DNA of 53,452 bases, taken from NCBI GenBank assembly GCA_965655275.1, contig CBFHGD010000001.1:1-53452 (forward strand). The letters are read 5' to 3'. Under the pieces are notes generated by a model. That model was not told the origin of the DNA. It was given only the letters and a program-made list of their open reading frames with translations, and did no database searches. The first letter of the stretch is position 1. Every line of letters begins with the position of its first letter. Of this stretch, positions 38,028 through 48,129 are shown in pieces. A program made the translations under genes and the position numbers. This DNA is from Octadecabacter sp. (GTDB lineage: Bacteria > Pseudomonadota > Alphaproteobacteria > Rhodobacterales > Rhodobacteraceae).

Positions 38028-39101
38028 ATGTCATTCGCCCCCGACGCCACCGAACGCCTAGCCCGCGCCCGCGCCGATCTGCGCATGGGCGTACCTGTGG
38101 TCCTGTCCGAGGGTCTGGTGGTGCTTGCCGTCGAGACGTTGACCCAAGACCGGTTCGATATGCTGCGCACATTCGGCGTGCCCACGCTGGCGATCACCAA
38201 CTGGCGGGCGGAAACGCTGAAGGCCGCGGCCTACGACGGCGACATTGCCCGCATTCCTCTGCCCCAATACGCCACGCGCACTTGGGTGCAGTCTATTGCC
38301 GATCCGGCGGGTGATCTGAACCACCCGATGAAAGGCCCGCTCAAACCCACCCGCGACGGCCCCGCAGGCCCGCACCGCGCCGCCATCGCCCTTGCCAAAG
38401 CCGCGCGATTGCTGCCTGCCACCATCAGCGTCGAGGTCTTTGATCCGTCAGGCTTTGCCACAGCCCACAATCTGACACTTATTTCAGGCGACAGCGCCAT
38501 GCCCGCCGACGTCAGCCCGATGGACCGTGTTATTCACGCGGGCCTTCCTATGGACGCATCCGAAGCCGGGCGCGTCCATATTTTCCGCCCTGATGACGGC
38601 GCGGAAGAACACTATGCCATTGAAATCGGCAACCCTGACCGTGCCAAACCCGTTCTGGCCCGCCTGCATTCCGCCTGTTTCACCGGCGATGTGTTGGGCA
38701 GCCTCAAGTGCGATTGCGGTCCGCAGTTACGTCAGGCCATGGCGCAGATGGGCGCGGAAGGTGCGGGCGTACTGCTGTATCTAAACCAGGAAGGGCGCGG
38801 CATAGGTCTTGCGAACAAGATGCGCGCCTATTCATTGCAGGATCAGGGGTTTGACACGGTTGAGGCAAATCACCGCCTCGGGTTCGAGGATGACGAGCGT
38901 GATTTTCGGATCGGGGCCGAAATCCTGCGCAAATTGGGTTTCAGTCAGGTCCGGCTGCTCACCAACAACCCCGCCAAGATCGCCAAGCTGGAGAGCTGTG
39001 GTTTAACCGTGACCGAACGGGTGCCGCTCAAGGTCGGCGAAAGCCGTCATAACGAAGCCTACCTCGCGACAAAGGCCGCAAAATCAGGCCACATTCTTTA
39101 A
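38028..39101 (+). CDS. ribA: GTP cyclohydrolase II
   Basis: RLHSACFTGD, CDCGPQL, QEGRGIGL, LLTNNP, YLATK..KSGH. Confidence 0.95.
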   Translation: MSFAPDATERLARARADLRMGVPVVLSEGLVVLAVETLTQDRFDMLRTFGVPTLAITNWRAETLKAAAYDGDIARIPLPQYATRTWVQSIADPAGDLNHPMKGPLKPTRDGPAGPHRAAIALAKAARLLPATISVEVFDPSGFATAHNLTLISGDSAMPADVSPMDRVIHAGLPMDASEAGRVHIFRPDDGAEEHYAIEIGNPDRAKPVLARLHSACFTGDVLGSLKCDCGPQLRQAMAQMGAEGAGVLLYLNQEGRGIGLANKMRAYSLQDQGFDTVEANHRLGFEDDERDFRIGAEILRKLGFSQVRLLTNNPAKIAKLESCGLTVTERVPLKVGESRHNEAYLATKAAKSGHIL

Positions 39102-39943
39102 CGCGCGAAGCGCAGCAGGATTACTCCGATGAGCGTGATGAACGTCGATCCAACCTTAAACAGGTCAAGGCGTTCCTTCATGAACACCACCCCGATGACC
39201 AGCGCAAAGATGATCGAGGTTTCGCGCAACGCCGTAACCAGCGCGATGGGTGCCTGCATGAACCCCCAAACGACCAGGGCGTAGGCGCAATGGGACGCAA
39301 GGCCCCCAACGATCAGCACAAACCGCCCTTCGGACCACAACCGCCTCAAGGTGCCGGGTTTCGTGACACGCAGAAAGGCGGCGAAAATGAACGCATTACA
39401 AATGGCCGACCAGCTATAAAATCCCACAGCCGTGCCCGCCGCGCGCGCGCCCAAACCGTCCACCAGCGAATATCCCGCGATGAAACAGCCCGTAATCGCA
39501 GCCAACAACGCGGCCTTCGGGTTGCGCGCGCCACTGTGTCCCCGCACCAATCCGAGCGACAATAGGCCCGTACCGATCAGCACAATCGCCATGACTTCCA
39601 TCCAGCCCAGCACCACGTTGAGGAAAGACACCGACACCAGCGCCACGATCATTGGCGCAATGCCGCGCGCCACGGGGTAGACCTGCGTCAGATCACCAAT
39701 GCGGTAGGAATTCAGCAAAAATACCTGATAGCCGAAATGAAACGCCAGCGAACCAAGCAGATAGGGCCAGCACGCCAAATCCGGCATCGGCACGAACATC
39801 AGCCAGATCACCGCCCACGGCAAATGCCCGATGATAACGCCTGCCATGCTTAGGTGTTTGTCCGCCGCACCTTTGGCCAGCGCGTTCCAGCACGCGTGCA
39901 GAAAAGCCGCCAACAGCGTGGTCGCGATCACAATCGTTGGCAT
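39098..39943 (-). CDS. DMT/EamA-family transporter
   Basis: LLAAFLHACWNAL, GDLTQVYPVARG, YSLVDG, ALRETS; start at MPTIV. Confidence 0.9.
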   Translation of the reverse strand: MPTIVIATTLLAAFLHACWNALAKGAADKHLSMAGVIIGHLPWAVIWLMFVPMPDLACWPYLLGSLAFHFGYQVFLLNSYRIGDLTQVYPVARGIAPMIVALVSVSFLNVVLGWMEVMAIVLIGTGLLSLGLVRGHSGARNPKAALLAAITGCFIAGYSLVDGLGARAAGTAVGFYSWSAICNAFIFAAFLRVTKPGTLRRLWSEGRFVLIVGGLASHCAYALVVWGFMQAPIALVTALRETSIIFALVIGVVFMKERLDLFKVGSTFITLIGVILLRFAR

Positions 39944-40021
39944 CCGCAATCCGCTTCGATCGCCCCTTAGGCGCACCTTGAGACCTTGAACAAGAGGCGC
40001 TGTTCTGGTCAGGCTGACAGC

Positions 40022-40516
40022 ATGAAAGCCACCGATCTTGTCGTCACACCAACGCATCTGCAGTTCATGGGCCGCAAATTCCCCTGCTCGGTCGGGAAGG
40101 GCGGCGTGACGGATCGCAAGAAAGAGGGTGACGGCGCAACACCGCGCGGCACCCACAGGCTTGTCGGGATGTTGTACCGCCCTGACCGCATTGCGCGCCC
40201 GGCGGACTGGGCGCTGCCTATTCGCAACGGGGATCTTTGGTCGGATGATCCCGCGCACCGGGACTATAACCTCATGGTGCGCGCGCCCTATCCTTATAGT
40301 CACGAAAACCTGCGCCGCGCCGACCGCTTATATGACGTGGTGATACTGACAGACTGGAACTGGCCCTATCCCGTCAAAGGGCGTGGCTCGGCTATTTTCA
40401 TCCACCGGTGGCGTAAACCAGGCCACCCGACAGAGGGCTGTATCGGCCTGCGCCCGGCTGATCTGGCATGGATCGCACCGCGCATCCGCTATGACACCCG
40501 CCTTATTGTGGTGTAG
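40022..40516 (+). CDS. YkuD-like (L,D-transpeptidase-fold) protein without signal peptide
   Basis: KKEGDGATPRG, GSAIFIH...PTEGC His/Cys motif. Confidence 0.85.
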   Translation: MKATDLVVTPTHLQFMGRKFPCSVGKGGVTDRKKEGDGATPRGTHRLVGMLYRPDRIARPADWALPIRNGDLWSDDPAHRDYNLMVRAPYPYSHENLRRADRLYDVVILTDWNWPYPVKGRGSAIFIHRWRKPGHPTEGCIGLRPADLAWIAPRIRYDTRLIVV

Positions 40517-41162
40517 GGACGCGGCCCCCAAAGATCGCGGACCCGATACGCACATGGGTCGCGCCCAGCGCAATGGCACTCTCAAAATCCCCGGACATGC
40601 CCATTGATAGGCCGCTCAACCCGTTTCGCGCCGCAATTTTGCCCAGCAATGCGAAATGCAACGATGGTTCTTCGTCCACCGGCGGGATGCACATCAGCCC
40701 GCGCACCGGCAGGTCCAGGGCCACGGCCTCGGCCACAAAAGCATCCGCTTCGGAGGGCAAAACGCCTGCCTTCTGCGGCTCCTCACCGGTGTTCACTTGT
40801 ATATACAGGTCCGGACAGGCCCCCATTTCCTGCGCCAGCCGCGCGATGGTTTTCGCCAGCTTGGGGCGGTCCAATGTGTGGATCGCCTGCGCCAGTTCCA
40901 TCGCTTGGCGCGCCTTATTGGTTTGCAGCGGGCCAATCAGGTGCAGTTCGATTCCCTCGAATTGCTCGCGGAACTCCGGCCATTTGCTTTCGGCCTCTTG
41001 CACACGGTTCTCCCCGAAGATGCGGTGGCCCTGCTCAAGAATCGCCTCGACGCGCGCATTCGGCTGCACCTTGGATACCGCAATCAGCTTGGTTTCCCCG
41101 ACGTCCCGCCCTGCCTTTTCTTCGGCTGCGTGAATGCGTGCGGTGATATCCTGCAAGGACAT
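40503..41162 (-). CDS. yggS: YggS-family PLP homeostasis protein
   Basis: LIAVSK, FGENRVQE, IGPLQTNK, GLMCIPP, SMGMSGD, VRIGSAIFG. Confidence 0.96.
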   Translation of the reverse strand: MSLQDITARIHAAEEKAGRDVGETKLIAVSKVQPNARVEAILEQGHRIFGENRVQEAESKWPEFREQFEGIELHLIGPLQTNKARQAMELAQAIHTLDRPKLAKTIARLAQEMGACPDLYIQVNTGEEPQKAGVLPSEADAFVAEAVALDLPVRGLMCIPPVDEEPSLHFALLGKIAARNGLSGLSMGMSGDFESAIALGATHVRIGSAIFGGRVPTPQ

Positions 41163-41397
41163 GGTAAGCTCCTGACTATATTGCGTGTTTTATATTTCAA
41201 CCTGACATAGGGCGTTATAATTACGCTGTCATCTATATAGGGCCGGTTTTCGGTGTGTGGCACGTCTGCATCATTTTTAAGGCAGGTCCCCAAACCGATG
41301 GCAATTTTCTTGAGTGTGCAAGGCTTTGGGCGCAAACACCATCTCAATGCTAGTTGAACTGGCATTCTCGCAGAATGCAAACACGAGGAATTATAAC

Positions 41398-42468
41398 ATG
41401 AAACGCATCCTTCTTGCTTCCACAGCAATCGCCCTGTTCGCAGGCGCAGCTGCTGCTGAAATCACTTTCTCCGGCTCCGCTGACTTGGGCTACAACGACG
41501 ACGCACTTGGCGACAACGACGGCTTCTACTCTGATCTCGACATCACAGTTGGTCTGTCCCAGGAACTCGACAACGGTCTGACTGTTGCTGCTTCCATCGG
41601 TGTTGACGACTTTGATGGTTCCACAGACAACGGTCTGAACTACGAACTGTCCCTGACATCTGACACAGCTGGCCTGTTCTACGGCGACACAGCTTTTGCT
41701 GCTGAAACTCACTGGGCTTCCGCTGGCGACATGGAAGCTGACGGCTTCTCCGAAGCTGACGGCGAAGTTGCTCTGCGCGGCGACGTAACATTCGGTTCCG
41801 TATCGGCTTCCGTATCTTACGCTCTGGCTGACGCTGATGACAACAACAACGCGGCACTCGGTGGCGACGACCTCGAGCAGCTGTCTGTTGGTGCATCCGC
41901 TTCCTTCGGCAACATCAATGTAGCCATGGGTTACCAAGAAGCTTCCGTTGCTGGCTATAACGCTGCAAACGGCGACTTCAACGAAGGCGAAGTCTTCGGT
42001 ATCTCCGGTGGCACGTCCTTCGGTGGTGCAGACATCACGCTTGCATACGCTGAAGACTCCACAGCTGGTACCGACTCTACAGGTATCAAAGTTGCTTACC
42101 CAATCGGTCCAGTAACAGCGACAGCATACTACGTTGCTGAATCCGCTGGTGGCGACAACTGGGGCGTCAACGTTGCCTACGAAAATGGCCCAATCGCAGT
42201 CGCTCTGGACTACCAGGACGACCAGGGTACAGAAAAAGTCGGCATCGAAGGTTCCTATGACATCGGCAACGGCCTGATGGCTTACGCTGGTTACCTGACA
42301 GAAGACGCAACAGATGACCGCTTCTACGTAGCTGCAGGTTACGACCTCGGTTCCGGCGCAGCACTTCTGGTTTCCTACGCAGAAGACGCATCTGACGTTG
42401 ACGGCGACGAAATCGGTGCCGGCGAATACCAGCGCGGTACAACTGTTGAGGTTTCCTTCGAGTTCTAA
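41398..42468 (+). CDS. Major outer-membrane porin
   Basis: Signal peptide MKRILLASTAIALFAGAAAA, acidic beta-strand-rich body, terminal Phe, strongly biased codons, GAGG RBS. Confidence 0.93.
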   Translation: MKRILLASTAIALFAGAAAAEITFSGSADLGYNDDALGDNDGFYSDLDITVGLSQELDNGLTVAASIGVDDFDGSTDNGLNYELSLTSDTAGLFYGDTAFAAETHWASAGDMEADGFSEADGEVALRGDVTFGSVSASVSYALADADDNNNAALGGDDLEQLSVGASASFGNINVAMGYQEASVAGYNAANGDFNEGEVFGISGGTSFGGADITLAYAEDSTAGTDSTGIKVAYPIGPVTATAYYVAESAGGDNWGVNVAYENGPIAVALDYQDDQGTEKVGIEGSYDIGNGLMAYAGYLTEDATDDRFYVAAGYDLGSGAALLVSYAEDASDVDGDEIGAGEYQRGTTVEVSFEF

Positions 42469-42494
42469 AGAACCCAAGGATTATCTTATAGGTG

Positions 42495-42527
42495 GGGCGG
42501 TTCCTTCGGGAGCCGCCCTTTCCTTTT
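42495..42527 (+). terminator. Rho-independent terminator of the porin gene
   Basis: GGGCGGTTCC-TTCG-GGAGCCGCCC-TTTCCTTTT. Confidence 0.88.
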
Positions 42528-42572
42528 GTGCGGGTGCCTTTTGCGGGCCGGCCTTTTGCGGTGCAGGCTTTC
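42522..42572. repeat. Imperfect 15-bp tandem repeat (about 3.5 copies)
   Basis: CCTTTTGTGCGGGTG / CCTTTTGCGGGCCGG / CCTTTTGCGGTGCAG / GCTTTC starting at 42522, 42537, 42552, 42567. Confidence 0.6.
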
Positions 42573-42644
42573 ACGCTCGCCTCTTGTGACGCCCGCCCCC
42601 CTTCGCTACACAATTGGCAAGCAAAAGATGTAGGGGACGCACCC

Positions 42645-43121
42645 GTGACCGGACTTAGCACACTTCGACGCCTGACCTTCGGGATCGGCCTTCTTGCAAG
42701 CCTTGCCGCCTGTGGCGGATCGGGCAGCAATCCCTTCGGGTCGATCGGTAGTCTGGGCGGCAGCTTTGGTGGCGGCCGCGCAGAAGCCGCGACACAACAG
42801 GCGACCCGCACCCGTGGCGCAGAAAGCGTCGCGGTGAACCGCTATCTGTGGGCCGCGTCGCTTGATGTGCTCAGCTTCCTGCCCATTGAATCTGTCGATC
42901 CGTTCACTGGCGTCATCGTCATGGGCTACGGTACCCCCCCCGGCGGCAACCGCGCCTACCGCGCAACTGTATATGTCACCGATCCCGCGCTTGATGCGCG
43001 TTCGCTGAACGTGGCCCTTCTTACACGGTCCGGCCCCGCCGCGGCGGAAACAACCCGCGCCATCGAAGACGCGATCCTTTCGCGCGCGCGCCAGTTGCGC
43101 ATTGCGGACGGTGCGCTGTAA
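42645..43121 (+). CDS. DUF3576-family lipoprotein
   Basis: GTG start, lipobox LAAC, VNRYLWAASLDVLSFLP...DPFTGVI, IEDAILSRARQLR; upstream of leuS. Confidence 0.85.
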   Translation: MTGLSTLRRLTFGIGLLASLAACGGSGSNPFGSIGSLGGSFGGGRAEAATQQATRTRGAESVAVNRYLWAASLDVLSFLPIESVDPFTGVIVMGYGTPPGGNRAYRATVYVTDPALDARSLNVALLTRSGPAAAETTRAIEDAILSRARQLRIADGAL

Positions 43122-43188
43122 AACGCACCTGACCCCATTTTTCAAACGCCGGGTCCCGCACCCGGCGTTCCCGTTTCTAGGATAGACA

Positions 43189-45864
43189 ATGCCCTACACA
43201 CCGTCAGACATCGAAGCCAAATGGCAAGCCGCCTGGGACAAGGCCGAAACCTTCAAAGCCACTCGTAGCGCCGATAAGCCGAAATATTACGTGCTGGAAA
43301 TGTTCCCGTATCCGTCCGGCCGCATCCACATCGGCCACGTGCGCAACTACACCATGGGCGACGTGATCGCGCGCTACAAACTGGCGACAGGCCACAACGT
43401 GCTGCACCCGATGGGGTTTGACGCCTTCGGAATGCCAGCCGAAAACGCGGCTATGGCATCGGGCGGCCACCCCAAGGATTGGACATACCAGAACATCGAC
43501 GACATGGTCGCGCAGATGAAACCGCTGGGCCTCGGCATCGACTGGTCGCGCATGTTCGCCACCTGTGATCCCGAGTATTACGGCCAACAACAGGCGCTGT
43601 TCATCGACATGCTGGACGCAGGCATGATTGACCGTAAGAACGCGACCGTGAACTGGGATCCGGTCGATATGACCGTGCTGGCCAACGAACAGGTCATCGA
43701 CGGTAAAGGCTGGCGGTCCGGTGCCGAGGTTGAGCGCAAGGACCTGACGCAGTGGTTTTTCAAAATCTCCGACTATGCGGATGAGCTGCTTGAGGCGTTG
43801 GACGGTTTGGACAACTGGCCCGCCAAAGTAAAATTGATGCAATCCAACTGGATCGGCAAATCCCGCGGCTTGCAGTTCGCGTTTTCGCTGGTGGACGCCG
43901 TCGGCGGCCATGACCGCGTCGAGGTGTATACAACCCGCCCGGACACATTGATGGGCGCGTCGTTTGTCGGCATATCGCCGGATCACCCGCTCGCCAAAGA
44001 ACTGGAGGCGGACAACACTGACCTCGCCGCGTTCAACGCCGAGTGTCGTAAAGGCGGAACAACTGCCGAGGCTTTGGAAAAGGCGCCCAAGCTGGGTTTT
44101 GACACCGGATTGCGCGTGCGCCATCCGTTTGACACCGCCTGGGAACTGCCTGTCTACGTGGCCAACTTCATCATGATGGACTACGGCACCGGCGCGATCT
44201 TCGGCTGCCCCGCACACGACCAACGCGACCTTGATTTCGCCCGTAAATACGACTTGCCCGTCATCTCCACCTACGCGCCTGCCATGGATGACGGCAGCTC
44301 CCTGCCGGAAGACGGCGGCGACGCCTATGTGCCGCCCAAGACCGAAAAGGTCATCTACATCCGCGGCTTCGCGGGCGAGACCGAGCAGACAGGCGACGAC
44401 GGCATCAACACAGCGATTGATTTCTGTGAAGCCAACGGCGTCGGCATGGGCGTCACCAAATTCCGCCTGCGCGATTGGGGACTGTCGCGCCAACGCTACT
44501 GGGGCGCACCCATCCCCGTGGTCCATTGCGAAGACTGCGGTGTCGTGCCCGAAAAGAAAGAAAACCTGCCGGTCGAGCTGCCCTACGACGTCAGCTTCGA
44601 CATCCCCGGCAACCCGTTGGACCGCCATCCCACATGGCGTGACACGCCATGCCCTGCCTGTGGCAAAGCGGCCAAACGCGAAACCGACACGATGGATACC
44701 TTCGTGGATTCCAGCTGGTATTTCGCGCGCTTCACGTCGCCCCATGCGGCCACTCCAACAGACGCCGAAGATGCCGCCTATTGGATGAACGTCGACCAAT
44801 ATATTGGCGGCATCGAGCACGCGATTTTGCACCTTCTCTATTCGCGCTTCTTTGCCCGTGCGATGCACAAAACGGGGCACTTGCCTGCGTCAGCGATCGA
44901 ACCCTTTGATGCCCTGTTCACGCAAGGGATGGTGACGCATGCAATCTACAAGACGAAAGTCGTGGAAGGCGATCTTGGTGGCCGCGGTGGAAAGATTCCC
45001 ATGCTACGTGACAAGTACTTCTATCCTGAAGAGGTGATTACCTTCATGATGGACGGCAAAGAGCGTGCCGTTGAAAGAAAATTTGCAGAGGACCGGGGCT
45101 TAACGAACGACCTCCCAAAGGCATTTGATCTGGCCCAGGAGAATCTTCGAGGAATCGAAATCATCTCCTCCGCCAAGATGTCGAAATCCAAGAACAACGT
45201 GGTCGATCCGGTCGCGATCATCGACCAATACGGCGCCGACACCGCCCGCTGGTTCGTTCTGTCGGATTCGCCCCCCGAACGGGACGTGGAATGGACAGCA
45301 TCAGGCGCCGAAGCGACGTTCAAACACCTGTCGCGCGTTCACCGCATCTCGGCCGATATTGCCGCCGATACAACCGCGGCGAATGATCAGGACGAGGCCT
45401 TGTTGCGCGATATGCACAAGGCCATCCACGAGGTCACACTGGGTGTGGAATCCTTTGGTTTCAACGCGTCCATCGCCAAACTGTATGGTTTCACCAACAC
45501 GCTCTCCAAATCAAAGGCAGGCGGTGACGCCAAGCGCGAAGCGATGCGCACACTTGCGCAACTCATGTCCCCGATGACGCCACATCTGGCCGAAGACATC
45601 TGGGCCAATCTGGGCGGCTCCGGCCTGATTGCCAACGCCCATTGGCCCGTCGCGGATGAGGCTATGTTGGTGGAAGACACCATCACCCTGCCGATCCAGA
45701 TCAACGGCAAGCGTCGCTCGGAGCTCAACGTGCCAGCGGACATGTCCAAAGAAGATGTTGAAAAGCTGGCGCTGGCAGACCACGCTGTGATCAAGGCTTT
45801 GGACGGCGGCACGCCCAAAAAGCTGATCGTTGTCCCGGGCCGGATCATCAATGTTGTCATCTGA
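43189..45864 (+). CDS. leuS: Leucine--tRNA ligase
   Basis: [19 protein letters not shown] editing domain, SRQRYWG, KMSKS. Confidence 0.99.
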   Translation: MPYTPSDIEAKWQAAWDKAETFKATRSADKPKYYVLEMFPYPSGRIHIGHVRNYTMGDVIARYKLATGHNVLHPMGFDAFGMPAENAAMASGGHPKDWTYQNIDDMVAQMKPLGLGIDWSRMFATCDPEYYGQQQALFIDMLDAGMIDRKNATVNWDPVDMTVLANEQVIDGKGWRSGAEVERKDLTQWFFKISDYADELLEALDGLDNWPAKVKLMQSNWIGKSRGLQFAFSLVDAVGGHDRVEVYTTRPDTLMGASFVGISPDHPLAKELEADNTDLAAFNAECRKGGTTAEALEKAPKLGFDTGLRVRHPFDTAWELPVYVANFIMMDYGTGAIFGCPAHDQRDLDFARKYDLPVISTYAPAMDDGSSLPEDGGDAYVPPKTEKVIYIRGFAGETEQTGDDGINTAIDFCEANGVGMGVTKFRLRDWGLSRQRYWGAPIPVVHCEDCGVVPEKKENLPVELPYDVSFDIPGNPLDRHPTWRDTPCPACGKAAKRETDTMDTFVDSSWYFARFTSPHAATPTDAEDAAYWMNVDQYIGGIEHAILHLLYSRFFARAMHKTGHLPASAIEPFDALFTQGMVTHAIYKTKVVEGDLGGRGGKIPMLRDKYFYPEEVITFMMDGKERAVERKFAEDRGLTNDLPKAFDLAQENLRGIEIISSAKMSKSKNNVVDPVAIIDQYGADTARWFVLSDSPPERDVEWTASGAEATFKHLSRVHRISADIAADTTAANDQDEALLRDMHKAIHEVTLGVESFGFNASIAKLYGFTNTLSKSKAGGDAKREAMRTLAQLMSPMTPHLAEDIWANLGGSGLIANAHWPVADEAMLVEDTITLPIQINGKRRSELNVPADMSKEDVEKLALADHAVIKALDGGTPKKLIVVPGRIINVVI

Positions 45865-46339
45865 TAGACGCAAATTCCTGACGCTGCTTGCGGCCCTTCC
45901 ATTGGCTGGCTGCGGGTTCACGCCGGTATATGGACCAAACGGCGCCGCGACCGCATTGCGCGGGCGGGTGGCGTATCGCGCGCCCGATACACCCGAAGGA
46001 TTCCGCCTGCGCGCACGGCTCGAAGATCGTTTGGGGCGTGTCGAACAAGGTGACTACCTGCTGACTGTGCGGCTCAATATCTCCGAAGTGGCCGTCGTCA
46101 TCAGCTCGGCCCAGGACATCAACCGCTATAACCTTCCAGGCAAAGCAACGTGGACGCTGACCGATCCGAACGTCGAAACCCCACTGGCGACGGGCACGGC
46201 CCAAACCTTCACCGCTTATTCCGCCTTTGGCACAACGGTCGCCACGCAAGAGGCGCAAGATGACGCGCGCGATCGACTTGCCGTCGCGCTGGCGGATCTT
46301 ATTGTGACTGACCTGATGATCGCCGCGAGTGGCCTATAG
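45851..46339 (+). CDS. lptE: LPS assembly lipoprotein LptE
   Basis: Lipobox LAGC followed by GFTPVYG; leuS-lptE-holA order. Confidence 0.88.
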   Translation: MLSSDRRKFLTLLAALPLAGCGFTPVYGPNGAATALRGRVAYRAPDTPEGFRLRARLEDRLGRVEQGDYLLTVRLNISEVAVVISSAQDINRYNLPGKATWTLTDPNVETPLATGTAQTFTAYSAFGTTVATQEAQDDARDRLAVALADLIVTDLMIAASGL

Positions 46340-46342
46340 AAC

Positions 46343-47371
46343 ATGAAACTTTCCGCCCGTGATGCTGCCGGTTACTTCCGCAACCCAGACCCCAAGGGAG
46401 CGGGTATCCTGATCTATGGCGGTGATGCGATGCGCGTGGCGCTGAAACGCCAAGACGTCATCAAAGCGCTTGTCGGGCCAAACGGTGAAGATGAAATGCG
46501 CCTGACCCGTATGGCTGGCGCGGACTTGCGTAAGGACCCTGCGCTTCTTGGCGACGCGATCAAGGCACAGGGGTTTTTCCCCGGCCCACGCGTGGCGTTT
46601 GTAGAGGACGCAGGCGACAGTGTAACCAAGGCGTTGGCCCCCGCGTTGGCGGATTGGGTCGACGGAGACGCACAGATCATCGTCACTGCCGGACAACTGA
46701 CGGCCAAGTCGTCATTGCGAAAACTGTTTGAGAGCCACAAGTCCGCCTACGCCGTTGGTATTTACGATGACCCCCCCAGCCGTGACGAAATCGAGGCCAG
46801 CCTGCGTGATGCACAGCTTGGAAACGTCGGGCGGGACGCGCTTGATATCCTGACAGCTTTATCGCGCGAATTGGCACCGGGCGACTTTCGGCAGACCGTC
46901 GAAAAACTCGGCCTTTATAAGCTGGGCGATGACAGCGAGGTCACGCCCGAGGATATCGACGCCTGCGCACCCATGTCCAACGAGGCTGGCTTGGATGATG
47001 TGCTGAACATTGTCGCCGACCTGAAAACCGCGGAAATCGGCCCCGTCCTTACCCGCCTTTATGCACAGGGCATCCAGCCGGTCGCACTGTGTATCGCCGC
47101 GATGCGCCATTTCCGGCAGTTGCACACGGTCGCATCTGACCCGGGTGGCCCCGCGTCGGGGATCGGGCGGCTGAGGCCCCCCGCATTTGGCCCGCGCCGC
47201 GACCGTATTTTGCGGCAGGCGTCCCAATGGGGGCGCATCAACCTTGAGGCCGCTTTGGGCACGATCACAGAAACCGATCTGACCCTGCGATCCGCCCACA
47301 CCGCGCCGGATCGCGCATTGGTGGAGCGGATGTTTATCCGCCTTGCAATGCTGGGTCGGCGCCGCGTCTGA
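46343..47371 (+). CDS. holA: DNA polymerase III subunit delta
   Basis: ILIYGGD, GFFPGPRV, LTAKSSLRKLFE, EKLGLY; position after lptE. Confidence 0.93.
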   Translation: MKLSARDAAGYFRNPDPKGAGILIYGGDAMRVALKRQDVIKALVGPNGEDEMRLTRMAGADLRKDPALLGDAIKAQGFFPGPRVAFVEDAGDSVTKALAPALADWVDGDAQIIVTAGQLTAKSSLRKLFESHKSAYAVGIYDDPPSRDEIEASLRDAQLGNVGRDALDILTALSRELAPGDFRQTVEKLGLYKLGDDSEVTPEDIDACAPMSNEAGLDDVLNIVADLKTAEIGPVLTRLYAQGIQPVALCIAAMRHFRQLHTVASDPGGPASGIGRLRPPAFGPRRDRILRQASQWGRINLEAALGTITETDLTLRSAHTAPDRALVERMFIRLAMLGRRRV

Positions 47372-47421
47372 CGCAACGCTGTGTTATTCGGCCTTTGGTA
47401 TGAAGCGGAACGTTCGACCTA

Positions 47422-48027
47422 ATGAAACGCATCTTCGACATAGCGCTGTCCCTGTTTGGCTTAATCGTCACGTTGCCCGTCATGCTCGTTGTCGCTCTCG
47501 TCATCTGGTGGCGTGACGGCGGCCCCGTATTCTATCTGGACGAGCGAATGAAAACCCTTGATACGGCGTTTCAGCTCATCAAATTTCGCACCATGTCCGG
47601 CGTGCCGGACGGTCAGAACACGGGTGTCACAGGCGGCGACAAGGCCGGCAGGATCACATCAACGGGGCGGATCCTACGCCGTTACCGCCTTGATGAGGTA
47701 CCGCAACTGATCAACGTCCTGAAAGGCGACATGAGCCTCGTCGGGCCACGCCCGCCACCACGTCAATACACGAACGCCTTCCCTCAAACCTATGTGAAAG
47801 TCCTGAAATCACGGCCCGGCATCACCGGCCTCGCGACCTTGCATTTTCATCGCCATGAGGAACGCCTGATCAAAGCCACGACAACCCGTGAAGAAACCGA
47901 CCACATCTATGTCACCCGTTGTGTGCCACGCAAAGCCACGCTGGATCTGATCTATCAACGCAATGCGTCGCTGTGTTTTGACATCGCGATCCTTTGGCAA
48001 ACACTCCGCAAAATTGTGAGTCGCTAG
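47422..48027 (+). CDS. Polyprenyl-phosphate priming sugar transferase
   Basis: KRIFDI, KFRTM, LRRYRLDEVPQLINVLKGDMSLVGPRP, PGITG. Confidence 0.93.
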   Translation: MKRIFDIALSLFGLIVTLPVMLVVALVIWWRDGGPVFYLDERMKTLDTAFQLIKFRTMSGVPDGQNTGVTGGDKAGRITSTGRILRRYRLDEVPQLINVLKGDMSLVGPRPPPRQYTNAFPQTYVKVLKSRPGITGLATLHFHRHEERLIKATTTREETDHIYVTRCVPRKATLDLIYQRNASLCFDIAILWQTLRKIVSR

Positions 48028-48129
48028 GGGCACAACGCCCTTCCACTTTCTCCTCACCCCGTATTTGGTCTGGTCGCAGGGCTGCGCGCTGCGGTATTCA
48101 GAAGACAAACAAAGTAACGAGGCCAGGGC

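Noticed and set aside
39944-40303. N-terminal extension of the DMT ORF
   Set aside because: Antisense to the YkuD-like gene; the transporter begins at 39943
41350-42477. 375-aa antisense ORF and skewed composition at the porin, suggesting foreign DNA
   Set aside because: Explained by high-expression codon bias of the major porin
43204-44880. 558-aa antisense ORF over leuS (likewise 48172-49338 over ugd)
   Set aside because: Antisense shadows without recognisable motifs
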